From an uncultured Alphaproteobacteria bacterium (GTDB taxonomy: Bacteria; Pseudomonadota; Alphaproteobacteria; MPNO01; DASWLB01), in assembly GCA_963826605.1 (NCBI GenBank), contig CAWGXN010000003.1:215585-279584 (forward strand): a DNA stretch of 64,000 nt, written 5' to 3'. A program made the position numbers and the translations under genes. This document shows, piece by piece, positions 9,304 to 21,003 of the stretch. The notes under the pieces were generated by a model that ran no database searches, had not been told where the DNA came from, and saw nothing but the letters and a program-made list of their open reading frames with translations. Position 1 is the first letter of the stretch, and every line of letters starts with the position of its first letter.

Positions 9304-10586
9304 CGAACGCCCCCGGAACGACCACAACTCCGGATAACGCGCGAACGGCGGTTCGGTTGCCGCAGGGCCGGAAAGTGCGGGATTCGGCGCTGACCGAACC
9401 CGCTCACGCCGCCTTGGCGCTTGCCCCAGAGCTCCCGCGAGGCGAGCTTCGCGCCCTCGGCCAGGGATTCCAGCTTCGCCCACATGATCGAGGGGTGGAC
9501 GCGCCGGTGCGACGGGGCCTGGGCGAAGCCGCAATCGGTCGAGCCGATGACGTTCTCGCGCCCGACCACGCCGGCATAGCGGACCAGGCGCTGGGCGACC
9601 AGCTCGGGATGCTCGACCACGTTGGTGGCGTGGCTGATGACGCCGGGCACCAGGATCTTGCCCTCGGGCAGCTTCACGTCCTTCCACACCGCCCATTCGT
9701 GCTCGTGGCGCGGGTTCGCCCCCTCGATCACGTAGGCCTGCGCCTTCACCTTCAGGATCAAATCGACGATGTCCTTCAGCGGCACGTCGGTCACGTGCGG
9801 GCCGGGCCAGCTTCCCCAGCACACGTGATAGCGCACCTTCTCCTCCGGGATGCCTTCGAGGGCGTAGTTCATCGCCTCGATGTGCATCCCCACCCATTTG
9901 CGGTAATCCTCGAACGTCTTGGGCGGCACCATCCGGTCGTAGGTGACGGCGGCGCGCGCGTCGTCGAGCTGCACGATCAGCCCGGCGTCGGTGATCGTCT
10001 TGTATTCCACGCGCATCGCGTCGGCGATGGCGGCGAGGCACTCCTCGTCGGTCTTGTAGTACTCGTTCCTGCGGTCCGGGATGACCGAGGCCGGCGCCGC
10101 GACCGGGAGGAACCCCTCCGCGACATTGGCGGCCTTCAGCGCGGCCTTGAGATTGTCGATGTCGGTCTTCAGCGCGGCCTGGCCGGTATAGGTGATCGGG
10201 CCGGTGCACACCGGCTGGAAGCTGCCCATGGCGCGCGACGGGTCGGATGCGTCCATCTCGGCGTAGAACTCGGCGAAGCGCGTGCGGTCGGCGCCCTTGG
10301 CGTAGGGATCGGTCGGCACCGGGTGGCGCTCGAAGCCCGACAGGCGCTCCAGCACGTATTGCGACCAGCTTCCCAGCTTGCCGTACTCGCCGTCGGACGG
10401 CACGTCGATCCCGGTCTCGGCCTGGCGGCGCACCACGTTCGCCACCTCCTCGGTCAGCACGCGGGCGAGCTGGGCCTTGTCGTAGCTCTCGCCCTTGATG
10501 TGCTTGCGCACCAGATCGAGCAGCGCCGGCGGGCGGATCAGGCTGCCGACATGGCTGGTGAGGATGCGGTCGGTCGAGCGCTTCAT
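9204..10586 (-). CDS. cobalamin-independent methionine synthase (MetE C-terminal-like) family protein, 3' end doubtful
   Basis: ILTSHVGSL..., [14 protein letters not shown]. About the last 60 codons are Arg-rich, overlap the next gene by 100 nt, and look like read-through. Confidence 0.75.
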   Translation of the reverse strand: MKRSTDRILTSHVGSLIRPPALLDLVRKHIKGESYDKAQLARVLTEEVANVVRRQAETGIDVPSDGEYGKLGSWSQYVLERLSGFERHPVPTDPYAKGADRTRFAEFYAEMDASDPSRAMGSFQPVCTGPITYTGQAALKTDIDNLKAALKAANVAEGFLPVAAPASVIPDRRNEYYKTDEECLAAIADAMRVEYKTITDAGLIVQLDDARAAVTYDRMVPPKTFEDYRKWVGMHIEAMNYALEGIPEEKVRYHVCWGSWPGPHVTDVPLKDIVDLILKVKAQAYVIEGANPRHEHEWAVWKDVKLPEGKILVPGVISHATNVVEHPELVAQRLVRYAGVVGRENVIGSTDCGFAQAPSHRRVHPSIMWAKLESLAEGAKLASRELWGKRQGGVSGFGQRRIPHFPALRQPNRRSRVIRSCGRSGGVRWQTARTVTSSRGWRWPPRIRRAAPTLSRWRCC

Positions 10587-10730
10587 GTCGGGACTCCTTC
10601 GTGGGGGGTGCGCGAACTAACCACAGCCGCCATACCCGGTCAAATGGGCATCTCCCCAACATTTCCGGGTGGCCGGGTGCGGTCCCAGCCGCTACATTCC
10701 GCGCCTCTTTCCAACCCACGGATGCAAGTC

Positions 10731-11843
10731 ATGGCCGCCAACAGGAAAGTTCTCATGCTGCCCGGCGACGGGATCGGGCCCGAGGTGATGGGCGAGGTGC
10801 GCCGCATCATCGGCTGGATGGACAAGCGCCGCCACGTGGGGTTCGACCTCGCCGAGGATCTGGTCGGCGGCTGCGCCTACGACGCCCACGGCGTCGCCAT
10901 CGCCGATGCGACCATGGACGAGGCGATGAACGCCGACGCGGTGCTGCTCGGCGCGGTCGGCGGGCCGAAATGGGACAAGGTGCCGTTCGCCGTCCGGCCC
11001 GAGGCGGGGCTGCTGCGGCTGCGCAAGGATCTCGAGCTGTTCGCCAATCTGCGCCCGGCCATCGTGTTCCCGGCGCTCGCCGAGGCCTCCACCCTCAAGA
11101 CCGAGCTGGTGGCCGGGCTCGACATATTGATCGTGCGCGAGCTCACCGGCGGGGTCTATTTCGGCGAGCCGCGCGGCATCGAGACCCTGCCGAACGGCGA
11201 GCGGCGCGGCGTGAACACCCAGGTCTACACGACCTCCGAGATCGTGCGCGTGGCGCGCGTCGCGTTCGACCTGGCGCGGCTCCGGGGCAACCGGCTGTGC
11301 TCGGTCGAGAAGTCGAACGTCATGGAATCCGGGCTGCTGTGGCGCGAGGAGGTGCAGAAGCTGCACGACGCCGAATATGCCGACGTCCAGCTCTCGCACA
11401 TGCTGGCCGACAATTGCGGCATGCAGCTCGTGCGCAACCCCAAGCAGTTCGACGTGATCGTCACCGACAATCTGTTCGGCGACATGCTGTCCGACGTCGC
11501 CTCGATGCTGACCGGCTCGCTCGGCATGCTGCCCTCGGCCTCGCTCGGCGCGGCCGACGCCTCGGGCCGCCGCCGCGCGCTGTACGAGCCGGTGCACGGC
11601 TCGGCGCCCGACATCGCCGGCCAGTCCAAGGCGAACCCCCTGGCCATGATCCAGTCCTTCGCCATGATGCTGCGCTACTCGTTCGAGATGGGCGAGGATG
11701 CCGATCTGGTCGAGGCGGCGGTGCGCGACGTGCTCGACGCGGGTCTCCGGACGGGCGACATCATGCAGCCGGGCAAGCGGCTCGTCTCGACGACCCAGAT
11801 GGGCGAGGCTGTGATCGCGGCTTTGGACAAGAGGGCGGCGTAG
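10731..11843 (+). CDS. leuB: 3-isopropylmalate dehydrogenase
   Basis: [41 protein letters not shown]. Confidence 0.95.
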   Translation: MAANRKVLMLPGDGIGPEVMGEVRRIIGWMDKRRHVGFDLAEDLVGGCAYDAHGVAIADATMDEAMNADAVLLGAVGGPKWDKVPFAVRPEAGLLRLRKDLELFANLRPAIVFPALAEASTLKTELVAGLDILIVRELTGGVYFGEPRGIETLPNGERRGVNTQVYTTSEIVRVARVAFDLARLRGNRLCSVEKSNVMESGLLWREEVQKLHDAEYADVQLSHMLADNCGMQLVRNPKQFDVIVTDNLFGDMLSDVASMLTGSLGMLPSASLGAADASGRRRALYEPVHGSAPDIAGQSKANPLAMIQSFAMMLRYSFEMGEDADLVEAAVRDVLDAGLRTGDIMQPGKRLVSTTQMGEAVIAALDKRAA

Positions 11844-11914
11844 CCTTCCGTTCCCCCCGCCCCTTGATTCCCGCCGGGTACGCGCGTACTTGAGGGCGAA
11901 CCAAGGAGATTTCC

Positions 11915-12946
<1,032 letters not shown>

Positions 12947-12964
12947 TCGGGGCCACTCCAAACC

Positions 12965-13043
12965 GTCATTGCGAGGAGCGTAGCGACGAAGCAATCCAGG
13001 TCTCGCGCCGACGTCTGGATCGCTTCGCTTCGCTCGCGATGAC
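12965..13043. repeat. REP-like palindromic element, family A (copy 1)
   Basis: gtcattgcgaggagcgtagcgacgaagcaatccag ... ctggatcgcttcgcttcgctcgcgatgac, an inverted repeat after asd. Confidence 0.6.
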
Positions 13044-13064
13044 GCGGTAGGGAGGGAGCTGGTA

Positions 13065-13334
13065 ATGCCGCGGGTCAGTTTCACGGGAAACCTCAGGCGC
13101 CATCTCGCCTGCCCGCCGGCCATGGTCGAGGGCGCGACGGTGCGCGCCGCGCTCGACGCCGTATTCACCGACAACCCACGGCTCCGCTCCTACGTGCTCG
13201 ATGACCAGGGGCGGCTCCGTCAGCACGTCAACGTGTTCGTCAACGACCGGCCGGTCGCCGACCGGACGGGGCTCGCCGACGCGGTCGGCGCAGGCGACGA
13301 GGTCTTCGTCCTGCAGGCGCTTTCGGGGGGATGA
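13065..13334 (+). CDS. MoaD/ThiS-family ubiquitin-like small protein ending in Gly-Gly
   Basis: 89 aa with C-terminus VFVLQALSGG. Length and pattern match a beta-grasp fold. Confidence 0.7.
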   Translation: MPRVSFTGNLRRHLACPPAMVEGATVRAALDAVFTDNPRLRSYVLDDQGRLRQHVNVFVNDRPVADRTGLADAVGAGDEVFVLQALSGG

Positions 13335-13335
13335 G

Positions 13336-14431
13336 ATGGCGACGCTCTATGTCGCGACCAAGAAGGGGCTGCTGAGCTTCGCCGGCGACGGCACGGCGCT
13401 CCGCCTCGCCGGCACGTCCTTCCTCGGCGATCCGGTCAGCGCGGTGCTGCCCGATGCGCGCGACGGCGCCCTCTATGCGGCGCTCAACCTCGGCCATTTC
13501 GGCGTGAAGCTGCACCGCTCCGACGATCACGGCAAAAGCTGGACCGAGCTGTCCGCGCCGGCCTTTCCGCCGGCCGGCGCCGACGCCGCCGACGCGCCCA
13601 GCGTGTCGATGGTCTGGACGCTGGAGGCGGGTGGCGCAGATCGGGCGGGCACGCTGTGGGCCGGCACCATCCCGGGCGGGCTGTTCCGGTCCGACGATCG
13701 CGGCGAAAGCTGGACGCTGAACGAGGCGCTGTGGAACGACAAGTCCCGGCCGCACTGGTTCGGCGGCGGGTACGACAAGCCCGGCATCCATTCGATCTGC
13801 GTCGACCCGCGCAACTCCGCCCGCCTGACGCTCGGCATCTCGTCCGCCGGCATCTGGCTCAGCGACGATTCCGGGGCCAGCTGGCGGCTCGGCGGCAAGG
13901 GGCTGCGCGCCGCCTACATGCCGCCCGATAAGGCGTTCGAGCCGCTGACCCAGGACCCGCACCGCCTGGCCCAGTGCCGCACGGCGCCGGACACGATCTG
14001 GTGTCAGCACCATAACGGCATCTTCCTCAGTCGCGACCGCGGCGCGACCTTCACCGAGATCGAGGCCGAGGCGCCGTCGCGCTTCGGGTTCGGCACGGTG
14101 GCGCATCCCGACGATCCGGATGACCGCCTGGTTCGTGCCGGCGGTGAAGGACGAATGCCGCGTGCCGGTCGACAACAGGCTGGTGGTGACGCGCACGGCC
14201 GACGGCGGGGCGAGCTTCGCCGTGCTCGACCGCGGCCTGCCGCCGCCGCCCGCCTTCGACCTGGTCTACCGCCACGGGCTCGACATCGACGCGGCCGGCG
14301 CCGGGCTCGCCATGGGCTCGACGACCGGCGGGCTGTGGGCCAGCGCGGATGGCGGGGCGGGCTGGACGGCGCTCGCCACCCGCCTGCCGCCGATCAACCA
14401 GGTGCGCTGGGCGCCGGCTGGCTGGGCGTAG
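13336..14431 (+). CDS. BNR/sialidase-like beta-propeller protein, frame break near 14120
   Basis: Repeated SxDxGxxW motifs (SDDHGKSW, SDDRGESW, SDDSGASW, SRDRGATF, TADGGASF, SADGGAGW). The N-terminal part is in ORF 13201.. and the C-terminal part in ORF 14120..14431. Confidence 0.65.
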
Positions 14432-14936
14432 GAGGCCGCGCCGGCGCATCCGCCGGCGGGGCCTCGGCGTCGGGCGCCCCGGCGATCGCGTCGCCCCATT
14501 CGGCGACCAGCTCGTCCTGCTGCTTCCTCAGGCGGGCGATGCGGCGCTGGCCGTTGAAGGCGCGAAGCTCGGCCACCAGAGACGGAAAGCCGAGGAACAT
14601 CAGCCAGCCCGCCCCGACCGCGGCGTAGATCGCGAACCAGCTATAGACGTCGGATACCAGCGCCATTGCGGCGCGCAGCGTGTGGCCCGCCTCCCACAGC
14701 CTGCCGACGAACGGGATCAGCGCCGCCGTCGCCATCCCCGACACGGTGCGCGCGAGATAGCGCCCCGGCAAATCGTCGATCACCAGCGTCACCACCATCG
14801 GCACGAGGCCGACCGCGACCACGATGGCCGTGGGCAGGACGGCGATCGCCGCGAACACGAACAGGACCATCAAGCCCAGGCTGCGCAAGGGCGAGCGGCC
14901 GGCTGCCTTGCGGACCGGAATTTCCCCGCCCGCCAT
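14394..14936 (-). CDS. multi-pass membrane protein, hypothetical
   Basis: Begins MAGGEIPVRK. Its ATG overlaps the upstream stop (TAATG). Hydrophobic helices with a Pro/Ala-rich tail. Confidence 0.55.
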   Translation of the reverse strand: MAGGEIPVRKAAGRSPLRSLGLMVLFVFAAIAVLPTAIVVAVGLVPMVVTLVIDDLPGRYLARTVSGMATAALIPFVGRLWEAGHTLRAAMALVSDVYSWFAIYAAVGAGWLMFLGFPSLVAELRAFNGQRRIARLRKQQDELVAEWGDAIAGAPDAEAPPADAPARPPTPSQPAPSAPG

Positions 14937-16912
14937 TACACCATCGCCGTCACGATCGCGGAGGCCAGGGCGCACAGCCAGGCGGCGGTCGAGGCCACGC
15001 GCCAGCCGGCGTGCTGCGCCGTGCCGATGCCGCGGCCGGACTCGATGCGCAGGATCTCGTGATGGGCCGCGCGGTACTGCGCCATGGCGCGGCGCTGGCC
15101 GGCGACGTCGCGCTCGACCAGCGTGCGGTCGGTCAGCGCGTTGAGGATGGCGGTCAAATCGCCCGTGCCCACCACGGCCTCGAGGCGCTGGCTGGCCAGC
15201 GCGCGCAGCGCACGCGAACCGAACCGCGCCGCCGCCCCTTCCAGCTCCTGGCCCAGCCATGCGGCCAGATGGGGCAGGCTGGGCGGCCCGTACTCCTGCT
15301 GCAGCCACGCCAGGATGCGCAGCATCGCCAGCTTGGCCTCGGACGAATCGCCCTTGACGTGCTCCAGAGCCGCCAGGTCGCGGTCGAAATTGCGTTTCAC
15401 CCGGCTCGCCACGAAGGCGGCGAGGTGGCGGTCGAACAGGGTCGGCAGCCCGCCCTTGTCGCGCACCGCGCGGTCCATCGCGGGCAGCAGCTCTGCCGCA
15501 GTCTCGACATAGGCGCCGGCGACCGCCTGGGACTGGCACGGCATGTGCGGGTTGAGCTCGTACAGGCAGCGTTCGCGGCCATAGCCCGGCCCGGTATGGC
15601 GCATAAGCTGCTGGATCTGGCGGAACGGGCGGATCTTCACCGCCGTCTCGGCGCTCTCCGCGCCGTGCGGGCCGACCAGCCGCTCGATCGGCAGGCCCTT
15701 GGCCAGCAGCTCGCAGATGCGCTGGCCGGCGTCGCGGTCGTTGCTGCGGACCGCCTCGGCCAGCAGCGGGCCCAGCCCGTCCGGCGCGGCGACCACGCCC
15801 TTGTAGCGCATCGGCCCGGTCGGATCGAGGACGGCGCAGATATGCGTCACCAGCCGGGCGCCGGCAGCCTCGTGCGGTCCTGCGGCGCTGCGCGCGTCGG
15901 CGATGGCCCGGCCGAGCGCGACGGCGAGGTCGGCGTCGCCCAGCCCGCGCTTCGCCCATTTCATGAAGGATTCGTCCAGCACCGCCTGGGTGGCGCCGCG
16001 CCAGTCGCGCCCGAAGGCGTGCGCCACGTCGCGGAAGCCCCAGCATTCGCGCCCGCCCACCGGGTAGGGCCGGTCCATCCGCGTGTCGGCCTGGTCGGGC
16101 ACCGACTTGTTGGCGCCGCCGCTCAGCCATTGCTGCAGCTCGGCGAGGCCCCAGCGCGCCCGGACGTCGTCGGCGAGCAGGCCGCGCAGCACCTCGCGCA
16201 GGCCGAACGGCACCCGCTCGCCGCCGAGCAAAGCGGCGAACGAGCCGCGCGCCAGCTTCTGCGCGACGATCTGGTCGGCGTCCAGCCCGTCGAACGGCAC
16301 GCGCCCCAGCGCCAGCGTCATCACCGTCGCGCCGAGCGCGTACAGGTCGTTGGCCAGCGTCCCGGGCCCGCGCCCCAGCGGCGGGGTCATCGCCGCCTCG
16401 ATCAACTCGTAGGCCGCGGGCTGGCCCGATGCGACCGGCGCGGTGACGCATTCGCCGAGCAGGATGTGCTGGCCCTTGCCGCCGCCATAGAGGTTGCCCG
16501 GGCGCAGCGCGCGATAGGCGATGCCGCGCCGCGAAAGCTGGGCGAGGACGAGGGCCGCGGGCGCGAGCACCTTCTCGGTCATCTCGGCGACGGCGAGCGG
16601 CGCGAACCGCGTCTCGCCGGGCGCGACCAGCGGGCCGTGCTCGGGACGCTCGAACAGCACGGCGAAGCAGGCGCGTTCCAGCGGCGCCCAGTCGACCGCG
16701 CCCCATTCGACCGGCCGCATCATGTTGATGTCGCGGGTCTGGCGCAGCGGCGCCAGCAGCTCGCGCCGCGGCAGGGTGCTAGGCTGGCAGATCCGGGCGA
16801 ACAGCCGGTTGTTCGGCGCGTGCAGGTCGACCGCCTGGTAGGCGCGCGTGCCGGGGGCGTCGAATTCGGGCAGGGGGGCGTCGAACGGAATCCGGTAGCG
16901 CTCGGCCAGCAT
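14936..16912 (-). CDS. protein-kinase-like protein with degenerate catalytic motifs (predicted pseudokinase) and a long C-terminal extension
   Basis: AYRALRPGNL in the HRDLKPxN position, LLGECV in the DFG position, and a DLYALGATVMTLALGRVPF subdomain IX-like stretch. Start taken at MLAERYRIPF. Confidence 0.6.
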   Translation of the reverse strand: MLAERYRIPFDAPLPEFDAPGTRAYQAVDLHAPNNRLFARICQPSTLPRRELLAPLRQTRDINMMRPVEWGAVDWAPLERACFAVLFERPEHGPLVAPGETRFAPLAVAEMTEKVLAPAALVLAQLSRRGIAYRALRPGNLYGGGKGQHILLGECVTAPVASGQPAAYELIEAAMTPPLGRGPGTLANDLYALGATVMTLALGRVPFDGLDADQIVAQKLARGSFAALLGGERVPFGLREVLRGLLADDVRARWGLAELQQWLSGGANKSVPDQADTRMDRPYPVGGRECWGFRDVAHAFGRDWRGATQAVLDESFMKWAKRGLGDADLAVALGRAIADARSAAGPHEAAGARLVTHICAVLDPTGPMRYKGVVAAPDGLGPLLAEAVRSNDRDAGQRICELLAKGLPIERLVGPHGAESAETAVKIRPFRQIQQLMRHTGPGYGRERCLYELNPHMPCQSQAVAGAYVETAAELLPAMDRAVRDKGGLPTLFDRHLAAFVASRVKRNFDRDLAALEHVKGDSSEAKLAMLRILAWLQQEYGPPSLPHLAAWLGQELEGAAARFGSRALRALASQRLEAVVGTGDLTAILNALTDRTLVERDVAGQRRAMAQYRAAHHEILRIESGRGIGTAQHAGWRVASTAAWLCALASAIVTAMV

Positions 16913-17271
16913 CGCGCCGGCCGCCGGCGGGGCGGCCGCCTGCGCCGCCTTGTCGTCGCGTTCGCCCACGCGCTCGGGCACGGCCGGTCTCCGCTCGTTT
17001 CGGGCGCAGACCCTAGCCGGCGACGGCAAACGGACCGTTAACGTTCGCCCGCAACCCCACGGATTCCGCGGGTTGCCGGGCCGTGGCACAGGAAATAGGG
17101 GGAGCCTGGGCGCGGACCGGCGGCGCGGCCGCCGGCCCCGGAAACTGCGCGGTAACCCCCTGATTCTTCCGGATTCCCAAGGTTGACAGGGGTCGCGGGG
17201 CGCAACATACTCTGCGGCTTTTCCGGCCCGGCGGGCATTACTGCCGGCGGGCCCAGGATCGGAAAAGCGCC

Positions 17272-18444
17272 GTGAACACGGCTGTCATGAACACCTATGC
17301 ACGCATCGACCTCGCCTTCGAGCGGGGCGAGGGCGCTTATCTCTTCGCCTCCGACGGGACGCGCTATCTCGATTTCGGCAGTGGCGTGGCCGTCACCGCG
17401 CTCGGCCATTCCCATCCGCACCTGGTCGCCAGGCTGGGCGAGCAGGTGGGCAAGCTGTGGCACTGCTCCAACCTCTACCGCATTCCCGAGCAGGAGCGCC
17501 TGGCCGAGCGGCTGGTCGCCCATTCGTTCGCCGACGCGGCGTTCTTCTGCAACTCCGGCGCCGAAGCGGTCGAGGCCGGCATCAAGCTGGTGCGCAAGTA
17601 CCACGACGACAACGGCCATCCCGAGCGCTACCGCATCATCACGTTCGAGGGCAATTTCCACGGCCGCACGCTGGCCACCATCTCGGCCGGCAACAATGCC
17701 GGCCACCGCAAGGGGTTCGAGCCGATCGTCGACGGGTTCGACGCGGTCCCGTTCGGCAATCTGAACGAGGTGCGCAACGCCGTGGGCGCGGAAACCGCCG
17801 GAATCCTGGTGGAGCCGGTGCAGGGCGAGGGCGGCATCCGCCCCGCCGACCCGCGCTTCCTCGAAGGGCTGCGCGCGGTGTGCGACGAGTTCGGCCTGTT
17901 GCTGTTCATGGACGAGGTGCAGACCGGGTTCGGCCGCACCGGCAAGCTGTTCGGCTACCAGTGGTCCGACGCCGCGCCCGACGTGATGGCGCTGGCCAAG
18001 GCGCTGGGCGGCGGGTTCCCGACCGGGGCGCTGCTCGCCCGCGACGAGGTGGCCAATTCGTTCGTGCCCGGCGCGCACGGCTCCACCTTCGGCGGCAACC
18101 CCCTCGCCATGGCGGCGGCGAACGCCGTGCTCGACGTGATGCTGGCCGACGGCTTCCTCGCCGGCGCGGCGGCGAAGGGCGACAAGCTGCTGGCGCGCTG
18201 CCGGCAGATCGCCGGCGCGAATCCCAAAGTGCTGGCCGAAGCGCGCGGGCGCGGGTTGATGATCGGGCTCAAATGCGCCGTGCCCAACGGGGCGCTGAAC
18301 GACGCGCTGCGCCGCCACAACGTGCTGGCCGTGCTGGCCGGCGACAACGTGGTGCGGTTCCTGCCGCCTTTGATCATCGAGGACGCGCATATCGACGAGG
18401 CGTGCGCCGCGCTCGAGGCGGCGTGCCAGGAGCTGGCGTCGTGA
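17272..18444 (+). CDS. argD: acetylornithine aminotransferase
   Basis: Class III aminotransferase ([26 protein letters not shown]). Start is GTG 17272 or ATG 17287. Confidence 0.9.
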   Translation: MNTAVMNTYARIDLAFERGEGAYLFASDGTRYLDFGSGVAVTALGHSHPHLVARLGEQVGKLWHCSNLYRIPEQERLAERLVAHSFADAAFFCNSGAEAVEAGIKLVRKYHDDNGHPERYRIITFEGNFHGRTLATISAGNNAGHRKGFEPIVDGFDAVPFGNLNEVRNAVGAETAGILVEPVQGEGGIRPADPRFLEGLRAVCDEFGLLLFMDEVQTGFGRTGKLFGYQWSDAAPDVMALAKALGGGFPTGALLARDEVANSFVPGAHGSTFGGNPLAMAAANAVLDVMLADGFLAGAAAKGDKLLARCRQIAGANPKVLAEARGRGLMIGLKCAVPNGALNDALRRHNVLAVLAGDNVVRFLPPLIIEDAHIDEACAALEAACQELAS

Positions 18445-19358
18445 GCGCGAACGGCATCGTCCGCCATTTCCTCGACCTCGACCGGGTCGACGCGCGGACG
18501 CTGCGCAGCATCATCGAGCTCGGGGTGGCCTACAAGTCGGGCGAGCTGACCGGGCCCGAGGCGCGCCCGCTCGCCGGCAAGACGCTGGCGATGATGTTCG
18601 AGCGCCCATCGACGCGGACCCGCGTGTCGTTCGAGGTGGCGATGAAGCAGCTCGGCGGCGAGGTGGTGGTGCTGTCGCCAACCGAGATGCAGCTCGGGCG
18701 CGGCGAGACCGTCGCCGACACGGCGCGCGTGCTGTCGCGCTACGTCGATGCGGTGATGGCGCGCATCCTCGACCGTTCGAAGCTGATGGAACTTGCCGCG
18801 AACGCCACCGTGCCGATCATCAACGGCCTGACATCGCAGACCCATCCCTGCCAGCTCATGGCCGACGTGATGACGTTCGAGGAGCATCGCGGCCCGATCG
18901 AGGGGCGCGTCGTCGCCTGGTCGGGCGACGGCAACAACATGGCGACCACCTGGATCCAGGCCGCCGCCCGCTTCTCGTTCGAGATCCGGGTGGCGAGCCC
19001 CGAGGGGTTGCGCCCGCCGGCCGAGGTGGTGGCCTGGGCGCGCGACGAGGGCGCGCGCGTCGTGCTGACCGAGCATCCGGAGGAGGCCGTCGAGGGCGCC
19101 GACTGCGTCGTCACCGACACCTGGGTGTCGATGGGGCGCGAGGCGGATTCGCGGCACAATCTGCTGGCGCCGTTCCGGGTGGACGACCGGCTGATGGCGC
19201 GCGCCCGGCCCGACGCGATCTTCATGCACTGCCTGCCCGCCCATCGCGAGGACGAGGTGACGGGCTCGGTGCTCGACGGTCCGCAATCGGTCGTGTGGGA
19301 CGAGGCCGAGAACCGGCTGCACGCGCAGAAGGGCATCCTGACCTGGTGCATGTGCTGA
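18441..19358 (+). CDS. argF: ornithine carbamoyltransferase
   Basis: [22 protein letters not shown] start overlaps the argD stop (GTGA). Confidence 0.95.
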   Translation: MSANGIVRHFLDLDRVDARTLRSIIELGVAYKSGELTGPEARPLAGKTLAMMFERPSTRTRVSFEVAMKQLGGEVVVLSPTEMQLGRGETVADTARVLSRYVDAVMARILDRSKLMELAANATVPIINGLTSQTHPCQLMADVMTFEEHRGPIEGRVVAWSGDGNNMATTWIQAAARFSFEIRVASPEGLRPPAEVVAWARDEGARVVLTEHPEEAVEGADCVVTDTWVSMGREADSRHNLLAPFRVDDRLMARARPDAIFMHCLPAHREDEVTGSVLDGPQSVVWDEAENRLHAQKGILTWCMC

Positions 19359-20312
19359 ATGGTGGCCGGTAGCACCGCGCCCGTCCCCGACGATCTGATC
19401 CAGCCGTTCCAGATCGAGAATTTCGGCCTGCGCGGCCGGCTGGTACGGCTCGGCCCGCTGGTCGATTCCATCCTGGGCAAGCACGACTATCCCCAGCCGG
19501 TGGCCGAGATGCTGGGCGAGCTGCTGGCGCTCGCCGCCGTGCTTGCCGGCGCGCTCAAGTTCGACGGCGTGTTCTCGGTCCAGACGCAGGGCAACGGGCC
19601 GGTGCGTTTCATGGTGGCCGACGTGACGACCGACGGCGCCATGCGCGGCTATGCCCAGTACGACAAGGCGAAGATCGCCTCGCTCGCCGGCGACGCGCAC
19701 GAGGCTGGCGAGCGCGTGCCGCGCCTTCTGGGCACGGGCTATCTCGCCTTCACGGTCGACCAGGGACCGGATACCGAGCGCTACCAGGGCATCGTCGACC
19801 TGGCGGGCGGGACGCTCGCCGACGTGGCGCACAACTATTTCCGCCAGTCCGAGCAGATGGACGCGGCGGTGAAGCTCGCCGTCGGCCGGGTCGGCGAGGA
19901 GGGCGGCGACGCCTGGCGCGCCGCCGGCATGATGGTGCAGCGCCTGCCCGACGCCCAGCGCCAGCGGGTCTCGGGCGAGGCGGGCGACGAGGATGCCGAC
20001 GATGCGTGGCGCCGCGCCGTGGTGATGATGGGCGCGTCCACCACGGGCGAGCTTCTCGATCCCGCGCTGCACCCGCACCGGCTGCTCTACCGCCTGTTCC
20101 ACGAGGACGGGGTACGCGTGTTCGGCCCCGTCGGGCTCACCGCCGGCTGCCGCTGCTCGCGCGAGCGGGTGGAGCGCACGCTGCGCTCGTTCCCCAAGGA
20201 GGAGATCGCCGAGATGAAGACCGACGAAGGGCTGGTCGTCGTCACCTGCGAGTTCTGCGCCACCGACTACGTGTTCGACGATGCGGCCCTCGATGCGCTG
20301 TACGAGGAGTGA
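19359..20312 (+). CDS. hslO: Hsp33 family redox-regulated chaperone
   Basis: C-terminal zinc centre CRCSRE...CEFCATDY. Confidence 0.9.
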   Translation: MVAGSTAPVPDDLIQPFQIENFGLRGRLVRLGPLVDSILGKHDYPQPVAEMLGELLALAAVLAGALKFDGVFSVQTQGNGPVRFMVADVTTDGAMRGYAQYDKAKIASLAGDAHEAGERVPRLLGTGYLAFTVDQGPDTERYQGIVDLAGGTLADVAHNYFRQSEQMDAAVKLAVGRVGEEGGDAWRAAGMMVQRLPDAQRQRVSGEAGDEDADDAWRRAVVMMGASTTGELLDPALHPHRLLYRLFHEDGVRVFGPVGLTAGCRCSRERVERTLRSFPKEEIAEMKTDEGLVVVTCEFCATDYVFDDAALDALYEE

Positions 20313-20316
20313 GCGG

Positions 20317-20919
20317 ATGGCGCCGGTGCGCTGGATGCGCGCCCTGGCGCTGGTGCTGGGCTGCGCGGTCGGGCTTGCGGGGTGCGAGATGGCGCCGCCG
20401 CCCCCGCCGCAATTCCCCGAGATCACCTTCACCCACTTGCCGCCGATCAAGCTGGACGTGGCGCGGATCGACGTGGTGCGAAGCTACGTCTCGCCCGGCG
20501 TGAAGCCGAACGTCGAGCAGCTCTTCCCGGTGCTGCCGGCGACGGTGGCCGCGCGCTGGGCGCACGACCGGCTGCGCCCGGCGGGTGCAAACGGCGTGGC
20601 GCGCGTCGTCATCCGCCAGGCGAGCGTGGTCGAGGTGCCGCTGAAGCGCACCACGGGCCTCGCCGGCGTGTTCACCACCGACCAGGCGTGGCGCTATGAC
20701 GGTGTGCTGGAGGTGGCGGTCGAGGTGCTGGGCCGGTCGGACGGACGACGCGGCTCCGTCGCGGCGCGTGCGATGCGCGCGCGCACCGCGCCCGAGGACA
20801 TTTCCCTGAACGGCCGCGAGCGGCTGTGGTTCGATCTTACCGCGGACCTGGCCGACGACGTGAACGCGTCGCTCGACCGCCAGATCCACACCCATTTCGG
20901 CCCGTTCCTGGTGCCGTAG
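20317..20919 (+). CDS. lipoprotein, hypothetical
   Basis: Signal peptide with lipobox LAGC (MAPVRWMRALALVLGCAVGLAGC). Confidence 0.6.
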   Translation: MAPVRWMRALALVLGCAVGLAGCEMAPPPPPQFPEITFTHLPPIKLDVARIDVVRSYVSPGVKPNVEQLFPVLPATVAARWAHDRLRPAGANGVARVVIRQASVVEVPLKRTTGLAGVFTTDQAWRYDGVLEVAVEVLGRSDGRRGSVAARAMRARTAPEDISLNGRERLWFDLTADLADDVNASLDRQIHTHFGPFLVP

Positions 20920-20936
20920 GCGCACCAGGGATCGGT

Positions 20937-20995
20937 CAGTGCGAGCGAGCGAAGCAACCCAGGGATCGCTGGATTGCTTCGTCGCTACGCCGAAT
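20937..20995. repeat. REP-like palindromic element, family A (short copy 2)
   Basis: gcgagcgagcgaagcaacccag ... ctggattgcttcgtcgctacgc. Confidence 0.45.
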
Positions 20996-21003
20996 CGTGC
21001 CGC

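Noticed and set aside
8887-10719. A single 610-aa minus-strand ORF
   Set aside because: Only the last 138 codons (iron-permease family) look real. The rest is an alternate frame of the MetE-like gene.
10587-10730. A riboswitch upstream of the MetE-like gene
   Set aside because: The spacer is short and shared with the divergent leuB promoter, and I could not identify any conserved riboswitch core.
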